Positions 1 through 9,802 of a stretch of DNA of 24,000 bases are shown here, piece by piece. This stretch comes from an uncultured Lachnospiraceae bacterium. GTDB taxonomy: Bacteria > Bacillota > Clostridia > Eubacteriales > Eubacteriaceae. The stretch's first letter is position 1; the number at the start of each line of letters is the position of its first letter. The stretch covers positions 33,916 through 57,915 of the forward strand of contig CAYFTR010000006.1 in assembly GCA_964346185.1 (NCBI GenBank), written 5' to 3'. A program made the position numbers and the translations under genes. A model generated the notes under the pieces. It did not search any database and had not been told where the DNA came from. It was given only the letters and a program-made list of their open reading frames with translations.

Positions 1-2
1 AG

Positions 3-413
3 TCCAATGACGGCAAAGCATTAATCACTTTAGGGATGGCTATGGAAACAATGTCCCATCGACAATTCGGCATAAGAGCCTGTGAAGATGTCGAAAAAAT
101 ATATACCCGAGCTTACGCTTTGGGAGAAACTTCCGCTACCTATTATTTGTTTCGGTATTACGATCAATTTACAGTTGGTAAAGTGGGAAAAATAAAATCC
201 AAAAGGTGGCTTGAAAAAGGTATTGAAATGGGGGATCCCAATTGTTTGTTTGAAGCGGAAAAAGGCTTGGAAGAAGAACAAAAATGGTTGCCTGTTCATA
301 TCGAAACACTGATGGATTGGTTGCAAACGGCAGCCAATATGAGCTTGCCCGGTTGCTTGGAAGTTTTGAGTCTGGTCTACTTTAAATCCGAAATGGAGGA
401 AAAAGAAGTATAA
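3..413 (+). CDS. C-terminal part of a Sel1/TPR-like repeat protein (5' end outside the window)
   Basis: The frame is open from the window edge (SNDGKALITLGMAME...) to the stop at 411-413. It has repeated helical A..W..KG.E.GD-type motifs (KSKRWLEKGIEMGDPNCLFEAEKGL). The overlapping minus ORF 30..452 is F-rich antisense junk. Confidence 0.4.
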   Translation, partial: SNDGKALITLGMAMETMSHRQFGIRACEDVEKIYTRAYALGETSATYYLFRYYDQFTVGKVGKIKSKRWLEKGIEMGDPNCLFEAEKGLEEEQKWLPVHIETLMDWLQTAANMSLPGCLEVLSLVYFKSEMEEKEV

Positions 414-419
414 TACCGC

Positions 420-448
420 TTGCATTTTTAGAACAAATCGCTTATACT
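420..448 (+). promoter_or_regulatory. Candidate sigma-A promoter (TTGCAT-17 nt-TATACT) for the EIIC-like gene
   Basis: TTGCAT at 420-425, a 17-nt spacer, then TATACT at 443-448. It sits about 165 nt upstream of the ATG at 613. Confidence 0.4.
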
Positions 449-612
449 GCATAAGTCTAAATAAATAAAATAAAAATTAGAATACAATAATGTATGACAC
501 AAGGTACCCACAATGGCGTTATTTTATCTACGGCAATCGTGTACATCATACAATATTGTATTTTTTTATTGTTTGTGTACGCACAAGAGTTTTAAGGAGG
601 CATATTAGGTAT

Positions 613-1656
613 ATGAACAAAGAAAATCGGTTTTCGGCATTTTTAAAAAGAAAAGACATCGAAATATCAGTACAGCGGTATATTATCGATGCGATGAAGT
701 TTATGTCTTTCGGATTATTTTCCACCCTTTTAATGGGGAGTATTTTAAATCAAATCGGATTTATTTTCGGACTGTCTTTTTTAACCGACGTATTGTGGCC
801 GGCGGCACAACAAATGACGGGACCCGCCATAGCCGTTGCCGTTGCATACAGTTTAAACGCACCGCCGTTGGTAATCCTTTCCTGTACGGTAGGCGGCTTT
901 ATCGGTAATTCTCTGGGAGGTCCCGCGGGATCCTTTGTTGCGGCGTTAATCGGTGCGGAACTGGGCAAAGCGGTATCCGGCGAAACAAAGGTCGATTTGT
1001 TGGTGACACCTTTTGTAACCATGTTAAGCTCCGCATTCATTGCAATGGTGGTGGGTAAACCCATCGGCTTGTTGATGACCGGTCTCGGTGAAATTATTAT
1101 GTGGGCGACGGCACAACGTCCTGTCATTATGGGCAGTGTAATCGCCGTAATTGTCGGTGTGGTGTTAACGTTGCCCATATCCTCCGCGGCACTTTGTATC
1201 ATGCTTAATTTGTCCGGGATTGCCGCAGGGGCGGCGACTGTGGGTTGTTGTTGCCAAATGGTGGGCTTTGCGGTACAAAGCCATAAAGATAACGATGTCG
1301 GCGGTTTTGCGGCACAATTCTTGGGAACGTCCATGATTCAAATCCCCAACATTGTCAGAAATTGGCGAATTTGGATTCCGCCGACATTGGCATCTGCACT
1401 TCTCGGACCTTTGGCGACCACCCTTTTTCAAATGACCAACACGCCCGTTTCGGCGGGGATGGGTACCTGCGGCTTTGTGGGACAGGTGGGTACGGTAATT
1501 GCCATGTCTGCGGAAGGTAAAAGTGCCTTGCATATTGCATCGTCGATCGGGCTTTTACAAATTGTATTACCCGCGATAGTTACCTATCTTATTTATTTGG
1601 TTGTTTATCGTCTGGGTTGGATTGTAAAAGGCGATATGTCTTTAGAGAATACCTGA
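613..1656 (+). CDS. Polytopic membrane protein, PTS EIIC-domain / PfoR-like family
   Basis: AAGGAGG at 594-600 precedes the ATG at 613; the track start at 490 is an unlikely 5' extension. The product is Gly/Ala-rich with multiple TM segments, and the N-terminus MNKENRFSAFLKRKDIEISVQRYIIDAMKFM resembles PfoR/EIIC-like proteins of Firmicutes. There are no adjacent EIIA/EIIB genes. Confidence 0.55.
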   Translation: MNKENRFSAFLKRKDIEISVQRYIIDAMKFMSFGLFSTLLMGSILNQIGFIFGLSFLTDVLWPAAQQMTGPAIAVAVAYSLNAPPLVILSCTVGGFIGNSLGGPAGSFVAALIGAELGKAVSGETKVDLLVTPFVTMLSSAFIAMVVGKPIGLLMTGLGEIIMWATAQRPVIMGSVIAVIVGVVLTLPISSAALCIMLNLSGIAAGAATVGCCCQMVGFAVQSHKDNDVGGFAAQFLGTSMIQIPNIVRNWRIWIPPTLASALLGPLATTLFQMTNTPVSAGMGTCGFVGQVGTVIAMSAEGKSALHIASSIGLLQIVLPAIVTYLIYLVVYRLGWIVKGDMSLENT

Positions 1657-1723
1657 TAAGCATTTTGCCAGTCTTAAGTTTAAAACTTTATAATGATAAC
1701 TCACTTAAACTTAGGAGAACAAA

Positions 1724-2206
1724 ATGACCAAACAAGCACGTAGAACGGTGTTGTTAAAAACGCTTTTGATTCTGTACTTTGCCGTTCTTGCATCGGTTAC
1801 GTTGGTGCCGTCGGTAGAAATGCACAATCAAATTCATAATAATTTAATTCCCTTAACCAATATCGATGATTATTTTTACGACATTTTAGATCAGGGGATC
1901 ATCGATTGGGATTACTTACGTTCACCGGAGATTGGACCCTCCGGTTTTATTTACGGAGTGACCCGTTATTCTTTCAGAAATTTATTTGGTAATATCGCTT
2001 TATTTATCCCTTTAGGGTTGTTGTATCCTTTAACATCCAGGAGAGATACCTTTGTATCGGTGATGCTAAAAATACTGATTACAACTGGGCTTATAGAAAT
2101 TATACAGTATTTGTTGATTGCCGGGCGTTCGGCGGATATTGACGACATTATCTTAAATACCCTTGGCGGTTTAATCGGTTACGGACTTTATCGTTGGATT
2201 AAATAG
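1724..2206 (+). CDS. VanZ family membrane protein
   Basis: 160 aa with 4 predicted TM segments. The C-terminal motif GRSADIDDIILNTLGGLIGYGLY is typical of VanZ-like proteins. RBS AGGAGA lies upstream. Confidence 0.7.
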   Translation: MTKQARRTVLLKTLLILYFAVLASVTLVPSVEMHNQIHNNLIPLTNIDDYFYDILDQGIIDWDYLRSPEIGPSGFIYGVTRYSFRNLFGNIALFIPLGLLYPLTSRRDTFVSVMLKILITTGLIEIIQYLLIAGRSADIDDIILNTLGGLIGYGLYRWIK

Positions 2207-2213
2207 GTATGTG

Positions 2214-3587
2214 ATGGCAAAAGTAAAAACAAAATATGTTTGTCAAAATTGCGGTTTCGAATCCGCAAAGTGGTTGGGGCGTTGCACTTCCTGTAATGAA
2301 TGGAACACCATGGTGGAAGAAATCGAAACACCGAGCAGCAAAAGAACTCCGGTGGTATCGGACATTCAAAAGAAAAGTGCCGGGCCTAAAAAACTCAAGG
2401 ATATTCAATTAGCAAAAGATCCGAGAATAAAAACCGGTATCAAAGAGTTGGACAGGGTTCTCGGCGGCGGCATTGTGCCCGGGTCGGTATTGCTGCTCAG
2501 CGGCAACCCGGGTATCGGAAAATCCACCCTGCTAATGCAGACGGTGCAGGCTTTGGGACAAAAGGACATCGGTCTGTTGTATATTTCAGGGGAAGAATCG
2601 GAACAGCAACTGAAAATGCGAGCCATGCGTTTGGGAATTCGGTCGGAAAACGTCTTTTTTTTAGGAGAGACCGATCTTCTCCAAATGCTGCATTGGATCG
2701 GAAAAACTAAACCGAAAATATTAATTATAGACTCCATTCAAACCGTTCAAAATCCGCAATTGGATTCCGCTGCGGGATCGGTTAGCCAAATTAGGGACAA
2801 CACCCATATTTTAATGCAAGTGGCAAAAAAAAATAATATTGCCACCGTATTGGTCGGACACGTTACAAAAGACGGTGCGATTGCAGGTCCGAGGGTGTTA
2901 GAACATATGGTCGATACGGTATTATACTTTGAAGGCGAAAAAAACCACAGTTTCAGAATATTAAGAGGAACGAAAAACCGCTTCGGCTCGACTAATGAAA
3001 TCGGTATTTTTGATATGACTGCAAAAGGTTTAATAGCGGTGGAAAACCCTTCGGAATGGGTATTAAACAGCCGGGCGGAGGGAAGCAGCGGTACAGCCAT
3101 TATCCCAACTATGGAGGGATCACGTCCCCTTTTAATTGAGATACAGGGGTTAATGACCGCTACGGGTTTCGGAACGCCCAGGCGCATGTCCACAGGGTTC
3201 GATTATAATCGCCTGGTTTTACTGATTGCCGTAATGGAAAAACGGATGGGTATCGATATGCAAAATTTCGATGCCTATATCAATGTAGTCGGCGGGTTTA
3301 AAATCGACGAACCGTCTGCGGATTTGGCGATTATTGCCGTATTGTATTCCAGTTTGAAAGATAAACCTGTTCCGGCGGATGTTATGATCCTCGGGGAGGT
3401 CGGCTTAACCGGAGAGGCGCGTTCGGTTCGGTATGCACGGAAAAAAATTAATGAAGGCTTAAAATTTGGCATGAAGCGTTGTATTTTGCCTAAACAAAAC
3501 ATAAAAGAAGTTGAAGATGAGGCGATGACTCTATATCCGGTAACCACTTTGGCCGAAGCTTTACACATTCTCATGGTGGAGGCTTAA
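2214..3587 (+). CDS. radA: DNA repair protein RadA/Sms
   Basis: N-terminal C4 zinc finger (CQNCGFESAKWLGRCTSCNEW), Walker A GNPGIGKST, the RadA-specific KNRFG motif and a Lon-protease-like C-terminal domain. The start is ATG 2214, or GTG 2211 as in the track. Confidence 0.95.
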   Translation: MAKVKTKYVCQNCGFESAKWLGRCTSCNEWNTMVEEIETPSSKRTPVVSDIQKKSAGPKKLKDIQLAKDPRIKTGIKELDRVLGGGIVPGSVLLLSGNPGIGKSTLLMQTVQALGQKDIGLLYISGEESEQQLKMRAMRLGIRSENVFFLGETDLLQMLHWIGKTKPKILIIDSIQTVQNPQLDSAAGSVSQIRDNTHILMQVAKKNNIATVLVGHVTKDGAIAGPRVLEHMVDTVLYFEGEKNHSFRILRGTKNRFGSTNEIGIFDMTAKGLIAVENPSEWVLNSRAEGSSGTAIIPTMEGSRPLLIEIQGLMTATGFGTPRRMSTGFDYNRLVLLIAVMEKRMGIDMQNFDAYINVVGGFKIDEPSADLAIIAVLYSSLKDKPVPADVMILGEVGLTGEARSVRYARKKINEGLKFGMKRCILPKQNIKEVEDEAMTLYPVTTLAEALHILMVEA

Positions 3588-3613
3588 AAGCACCGAGAGG
3601 ATTTTACTAAAAC

Positions 3614-3642
3614 TATACATAAAATTAAGCTTGTGTTATAAT
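3614..3642 (+). promoter_or_regulatory. Extended -10 promoter (TATACA-17 nt-TGtTATAAT) driving the radA-ruvA intergenic RNA
   Basis: TATAAT at 3637-3642 is preceded by TG at 3634-3635. The -35-like TATACA lies at 3614-3619. Confidence 0.55.
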
Positions 3643-3649
3643 ACCTGTA

Positions 3650-3873
3650 CTGGGGTGTGCGTTATCGACTATTTTTGAACCTACACCATTAATACGAGAA
3701 CCCGCGTTTGTTTTTAGATGTCAAGCCTCTATAAGTGGACGGCAGAAGAAAGCAACAGGGTACTCACCTAGTCATTCGCTAGGGCGTCAAAAATAAGAGA
3801 CGGCACCTTGGTATTGCGTATAACGCCGTGCCATTTCGGATTATAACCATCAATCCGAAATGGCACGGCGTTT
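3650..3873 (+). ncRNA. Unclassified structured RNA of about 220 nt: a candidate 6S-like sRNA, or a terminator-containing leader of the ruvA operon
   Basis: Bounded by its own promoter and an 18-bp terminator hairpin, with no credible ORF on either strand. A long imperfect closing helix pairs 3652-3673 with 3810-3832 (perfect 7-bp core GCGUUAU 3659-3665 with AUAACGC 3820-3826). The U-rich single-stranded stretch CUAUUUUUGAACC follows at 3669-3681. Confidence 0.4.
3823..3873 (+). terminator. Intrinsic terminator hairpin with a short U-tract
   Basis: ACGCCGTGCCATTTCGGA (3823-3840) is perfectly complementary to TCCGAAATGGCACGGCGT (3854-3871). The loop is 13 nt and the hairpin is followed by TTTAT. 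Confidence 0.75.
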
Positions 3874-3909
3874 ATCATAAACAAACACAAAGCCTATAGA
3901 AAGGATCTT

Positions 3910-4506
3910 ATGTTCGATTATATTAAAGGTAAAATAGCCCATCAAAGAGAGGATGCCGTTGTTGTTGATATAAACGGTATGGGTTATTTAATTCATATCA
4001 ATTTAAAAACAGCCTCAGAAATACCGGAAAGCCATCGGGAGGTTATCCTTTATCTTTATCCCGTTTTTAAAGATGACAATGTTGCCTTATACGGCTTTTT
4101 TCATTTAGAAGAAAGAGAAATGCTTAAGACATTAACGACGGTTTCGGGTATCGGTGTGAAAGGGGGGCTGGGAATATTGTCCTATTTTACAGTTGAAACG
4201 CTGATAAGCCACATTGTCAATGAAGATATTAAGGCTTTGAGCCAAGCACCGGGTATCGGGAAAAAAACCGCTGAACGTTTAATTTTTGAATTAAAGGACA
4301 AGTTTAAAGATGTTTTAGATAATAAGACATCGGAGCCTGAACAAACAATCGGAGTAGTAAAAAGTATCCACGACGAAGTGGTTGAAGCTTTGGTTACTTT
4401 GGGGTATTCTTATTCTGAAGCTCGGGCAAGTGCTAAAAAAGCCTACCGGGAAAACACCACCTTGGAAGAAATGATTAAGGAATGCTTGATTCTTTTAGCG
4501 CAATAA
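3910..4506 (+). CDS. ruvA: Holliday junction branch migration complex subunit RuvA
   Basis: N-terminus MFDYIKGKI, helix-hairpin-helix motifs ([22 protein letters not shown]) and a C-terminal domain III. RBS AAAGGA lies upstream. Confidence 0.95.
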   Translation: MFDYIKGKIAHQREDAVVVDINGMGYLIHINLKTASEIPESHREVILYLYPVFKDDNVALYGFFHLEEREMLKTLTTVSGIGVKGGLGILSYFTVETLISHIVNEDIKALSQAPGIGKKTAERLIFELKDKFKDVLDNKTSEPEQTIGVVKSIHDEVVEALVTLGYSYSEARASAKKAYRENTTLEEMIKECLILLAQ

Positions 4507-4510
4507 TACG

Positions 4511-5542
4511 ATGAAAAAAAGATTTATCACAACCGAATTTACCGAAGCGGACATTGAAATAGAAAAAAGTCTGCGTCCACAATTTATGACGGAATATATC
4601 GGTCAAAATAAGGTAAAAACCCAATTAAATATTTTTATCCAAGCGGCTTTAAAAAGAAAAGAACCTCTGGATCATGTGTTGTTGTACGGACCGCCCGGCC
4701 TGGGAAAAACCACCCTTGCCGCAATTATTGCCAACGAAATGGGTACCGACATAAAAACCACGTCCGGACCGGCAATCGAAAAACCCGGCGATCTTGCCGC
4801 CATATTAACAGGTTTAAAAGAAGGCGACGTTTTGTTTATCGACGAAATACATCGCTTACAAAGAAGTGTGGAAGAAGTTCTTTATCCAGCCATGGAAGAC
4901 CAAAGTCTGGACATTGTTATCGGAAAGGGGGCGGGGGCAAAGGCCATTCGTATCGATTTGGCACATTTTACCCTGGTTGGGGCAACCACAAGAGTCGGTT
5001 TATTGACCGCACCTTTACGAGATCGCTTCGGAGCGGTGTTGCGTTTAGATCTATACGATGACCGCAGTCTAAGCGAAATTATCAAACGTTCGGCACAAAT
5101 ATTAAAGGTAAAGATCGACGATGCGGGAACCATGGAATTGGCAAAACGCTCCAGAGGAACACCCAGAATATCCAACCGACTGCTCAAACGGGTGCGGGAC
5201 TACGCAGAAGTTAAAACCGAAGGCCGCATCGATTTGGACACGGCAAACAAAGCCTTAAAACTTTTTGAAATTGACGAAAACGGACTGGATGAAACCGACC
5301 GTGCCATGCTTTATATGATTTATGCTCACTTCGACGGTGGTCCCGTGGGGTTAGATACCCTTGCCGCCGCCCTCGGAGAAGAGCGGGATACCATCGAAGA
5401 AGTTTACGAACCTTATCTTATTCAGAAAGGGTATTTGGCAAGAACCTCCAGAGGCCGTATCATCACCTCGAAGGGCTGCAAGCAGATTGGTCTTGTGCCT
5501 CTTAATCAAAATGAAGAACAAATAACCGTGGAGGAGTTGTAA
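4511..5542 (+). CDS. ruvB: Holliday junction DNA helicase RuvB
   Basis: [13 protein letters not shown], Walker [10 protein letters not shown], Walker [10 protein letters not shown] and [11 protein letters not shown]. It lies directly downstream of ruvA. Confidence 0.97.
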   Translation: MKKRFITTEFTEADIEIEKSLRPQFMTEYIGQNKVKTQLNIFIQAALKRKEPLDHVLLYGPPGLGKTTLAAIIANEMGTDIKTTSGPAIEKPGDLAAILTGLKEGDVLFIDEIHRLQRSVEEVLYPAMEDQSLDIVIGKGAGAKAIRIDLAHFTLVGATTRVGLLTAPLRDRFGAVLRLDLYDDRSLSEIIKRSAQILKVKIDDAGTMELAKRSRGTPRISNRLLKRVRDYAEVKTEGRIDLDTANKALKLFEIDENGLDETDRAMLYMIYAHFDGGPVGLDTLAAALGEERDTIEEVYEPYLIQKGYLARTSRGRIITSKGCKQIGLVPLNQNEEQITVEEL

Positions 5543-5549
5543 AACACTA

Positions 5550-7719
<2,170 letters not shown>

Positions 7720-7720
7720 C

Positions 7721-8113
7721 ATGGGAAATCTTTCGGGTAGCGGTTTGATGAGCTTTTTACCCCTTATTGCAATGGGATTATTCTTTTACTTTTTTATCAT
7801 CAGACCTCAATCCAAACAAAGAAAGCAAATAGAAGATATGCACGCAACGCTTTCCATCGGAGATGAAGTGCAAACATATAGCGGTTTTTACGGTATTATC
7901 TACGCGATCGACGATGAAAACGTCGTGTTGGAAATGCTGCCGGATTTCACAAAATTAATGATTGCAAAAGCCGCGATTTCAAAGGTTATCACAGCGGATG
8001 AAGCTGTCGTTACAGACCGCGGTGCAGTGAATACCGACCCAAAGGATGAAGAGATTACCACAGAGTACAACGATGCGAAAGTTGAAGACGCCGAGTACGA
8101 AGATTTAAATTAA
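7721..8113 (+). CDS. yajC: Preprotein translocase subunit YajC, with an acidic C-terminal extension
   Basis: A single N-terminal TM segment is followed by IIRPQSKQRKQ and the GDEV.T..G..G motif. It starts 1 nt after the tgt stop, matching the usual tgt-yajC synteny. Confidence 0.85.
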   Translation: MGNLSGSGLMSFLPLIAMGLFFYFFIIRPQSKQRKQIEDMHATLSIGDEVQTYSGFYGIIYAIDDENVVLEMLPDFTKLMIAKAAISKVITADEAVVTDRGAVNTDPKDEEITTEYNDAKVEDAEYEDLN

Positions 8114-8123
8114 GGAGAAAAAA

Positions 8124-8264
8124 ATGAAACACATCAAAATTATCAACAAAGGCAATCTTTCAGAAATTAAAAATAAAGGTTGCGGCGAATGCCAAACTTC
8201 TTGCCAATCGGCTTGTAAAACCTCTTGTACCGTAGGCAACCAACAATGCCGTCAAAGTAAGTAA
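8124..8264 (+). CDS. scfA: Six-cysteine ranthipeptide precursor SCIFF (46 aa; below the ORF-track length cutoff)
   Basis: RBS GGAG sits 8 nt upstream of ATG 8124. The translation is MKHIKIINKGNLSEIKNKGCGECQTSCQSACKTSCTVGNQQCRQSK. It carries the hallmark GCGECQTSCQSACKTSCTVGNQ core with six Cys and lies immediately upstream of a radical-SAM/SPASM enzyme. Confidence 0.9.
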   Translation: MKHIKIINKGNLSEIKNKGCGECQTSCQSACKTSCTVGNQQCRQSK

Positions 8265-8340
8265 CAAAAAACAACCTCCATCTAAAAACAAAAGAGTATT
8301 ATTTGGGGCAACTTTAAAAACCTATAGTTATCAAACAGTA

Positions 8341-8367
8341 AAAGAGCAGTTACAGACTGCTTTTTTA
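8341..8367 (+). terminator. Weak hairpin plus T-tract between scfA and scfB (candidate partial terminator/attenuator)
   Basis: AGCAGT (8345-8350) pairs with ACTGCT (8356-8361) around a 5-nt loop, followed by TTTTTT. Flanking A/T pairs can extend the stem. Confidence 0.45.
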
Positions 8368-8414
8368 ATTGAAACAATTGCATTGTTTTGAAAATCCGAT
8401 TAAAGGAGAATACA

Positions 8415-9770
8415 GTGGTTCATCAGTTTTATAGAAAAGGGTATTACGTCGTATTAGATGTAGATACCTCAACACTAATGACTGTCGACGCTATGACCTA
8501 TCGTCTCATTGAAGACTTTATGCGTTTAAACAGACAGGAATTGGTCGAAAAATATGCACCGGAATACGGCAAGCGACAGGTCGCCGATGCTGTCGATGAA
8601 ATACAGAGCATGGTGGATGACGGGCTTTTGTTTACCGATCACCGATACGATCCGTCATTTTATCGCGGTCATGACGGCGTTAAGGCACTTTGTCTACACA
8701 TTGCCCACGACTGCAACTTAAAATGCGAATACTGCTTTGCCTCCCAAGGAGACTTTAAGGGCGAGCGTTCACTAATGTCCCTCGAAGTGGGAAAAAAAGC
8801 CGTTGACTTTGTTATTGAAGCCTCAAATCAACGTAAAAATATAGAAATCGACTTTTTCGGCGGAGAGCCTTTAATGAACTTTGATGTGGTTAAAAACATT
8901 GTTGATTACGCACGTCAACGTGAAAAAGAAACCGGCAAACATTTCAACTTTACCATGACCACCAACGGTGTATTACTGGACCGGGAAAAGCGGGATTATC
9001 TCAACGCCAATATGAACAATATCGTTTTAAGTCTGGACGGTCGAAAGGAAGTAAACGATCGGGTTCGCAAAACACTCAACGACAAAGGTTCTTACGAAAC
9101 CATTGCCGACAATATTTTTAATATGGTTGAGGAGCGGGGAGATAAAGAATACTATGTTCGCGGCACCTACACCAAATACAACCCGGACTTTTCAAAGGAC
9201 GTTTTATTTTTGGCACAACAGGGAGTTAAGGAGATCTCCGTCGAACCCGTCGTTGCTAAAGCAGATCGGGATTACGCCGTTTTGAAAGAGGATTTACCGA
9301 GAATTTTGGAAGAGTACGACACCTTACTCGACGAAATGATTGAAGATTATCGCAAAAACGGGGAAGAATCTTTTCGCTTTTTTCACTATATTTTGGACAT
9401 GAATAACGGCCCTTGTGTTTACAAACGTCTGTCCGGATGCGGTGCGGGCAACGACTATCTGGCAGTAACCCCCGAGGGCGATTTATACCCCTGTCACCAA
9501 TTTGTTGGGGAAGAGACCTTTAAATTAGGAACATTGGATACCGGTTTAGAAAAAAAGCTAATGACCGAAGATTTTAAAAAAGCCAATTTACTGGAAAAAG
9601 AAGCGTGTCAAAGTTGCTGGTGTAAATATTTTTGTGGCGGCGGTTGCCACGCCAATGCCTATAATTTTAACCAAACGCTTTTAAAACCCTATGATGTTGC
9701 CTGCGAAATCGAAAAAAGACGTGTGGAAAACGCTCTGATTCTTCAAATAATAAAGAATGAAGAATATTGA
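8415..9770 (+). CDS. scfB: Thioether cross-link-forming SCIFF peptide maturase (radical SAM with SPASM domain)
   Basis: GTG 8415 follows AAAGGAG (8403-8409); the track start 8388 is a likely 5' extension. It has the radical SAM CxxxCxxC motif (CNLKCEYC), and a C-terminal Cys-rich SPASM region (CVYKRLSGCGAG...PCHQF...CQSCWCKYFCGGGCHANAY). It is adjacent to the SCIFF precursor. Confidence 0.9.
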   Translation: MVHQFYRKGYYVVLDVDTSTLMTVDAMTYRLIEDFMRLNRQELVEKYAPEYGKRQVADAVDEIQSMVDDGLLFTDHRYDPSFYRGHDGVKALCLHIAHDCNLKCEYCFASQGDFKGERSLMSLEVGKKAVDFVIEASNQRKNIEIDFFGGEPLMNFDVVKNIVDYARQREKETGKHFNFTMTTNGVLLDREKRDYLNANMNNIVLSLDGRKEVNDRVRKTLNDKGSYETIADNIFNMVEERGDKEYYVRGTYTKYNPDFSKDVLFLAQQGVKEISVEPVVAKADRDYAVLKEDLPRILEEYDTLLDEMIEDYRKNGEESFRFFHYILDMNNGPCVYKRLSGCGAGNDYLAVTPEGDLYPCHQFVGEETFKLGTLDTGLEKKLMTEDFKKANLLEKEACQSCWCKYFCGGGCHANAYNFNQTLLKPYDVACEIEKRRVENALILQIIKNEEY

Positions 9771-9796
9771 CAATTTAAAAGCATAAAGTTTATACT
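9767..9796 (+). promoter_or_regulatory. Near-consensus sigma-A promoter (TTGACA-18 nt-TATACT) overlapping the scfB stop
   Basis: TTGACA at 9767-9772 and TATACT at 9791-9796. The predicted start near 9803 coincides with the first base of the RNA's outer helix. Confidence 0.6.
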
Positions 9797-9802
9797 TAAA
9801 AT

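Noticed and set aside
490-612. Track start codons that extend real genes upstream (490 for the EIIC-like gene, 6526 for tgt, 8388 for scfB, 10232 for hpf, 20671 for the pyrophosphatase)
   Set aside because: Each extension lacks an RBS, overlaps the upstream gene or promoter, or adds non-homologous basic or aromatic junk. An internal start with a good Shine-Dalgarno and a family-typical N-terminus exists in every case.
750-3574. Minus-strand ORFs antisense to the EIIC-like gene, the vanZ-family gene and radA (750..1334, 1165..1533, 1355..1540, 1966..2148, 2199..2408, 2405..2737, 2747..3193, 3275..3574)
   Set aside because: They lie entirely within well-supported plus-strand genes. Their composition is typical of antisense translation and they have no start context.
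3806-3832. T-box-like UUGGUAUUGCG just upstream of the terminator in the radA-ruvA RNA
   Set aside because: The flanks do not match the conserved T-box sequence (GGGUGGUACCGCG). I could not find a Stem I K-turn, an AG bay or a specifier-loop signature, and the downstream genes are not aminoacyl-tRNA related.
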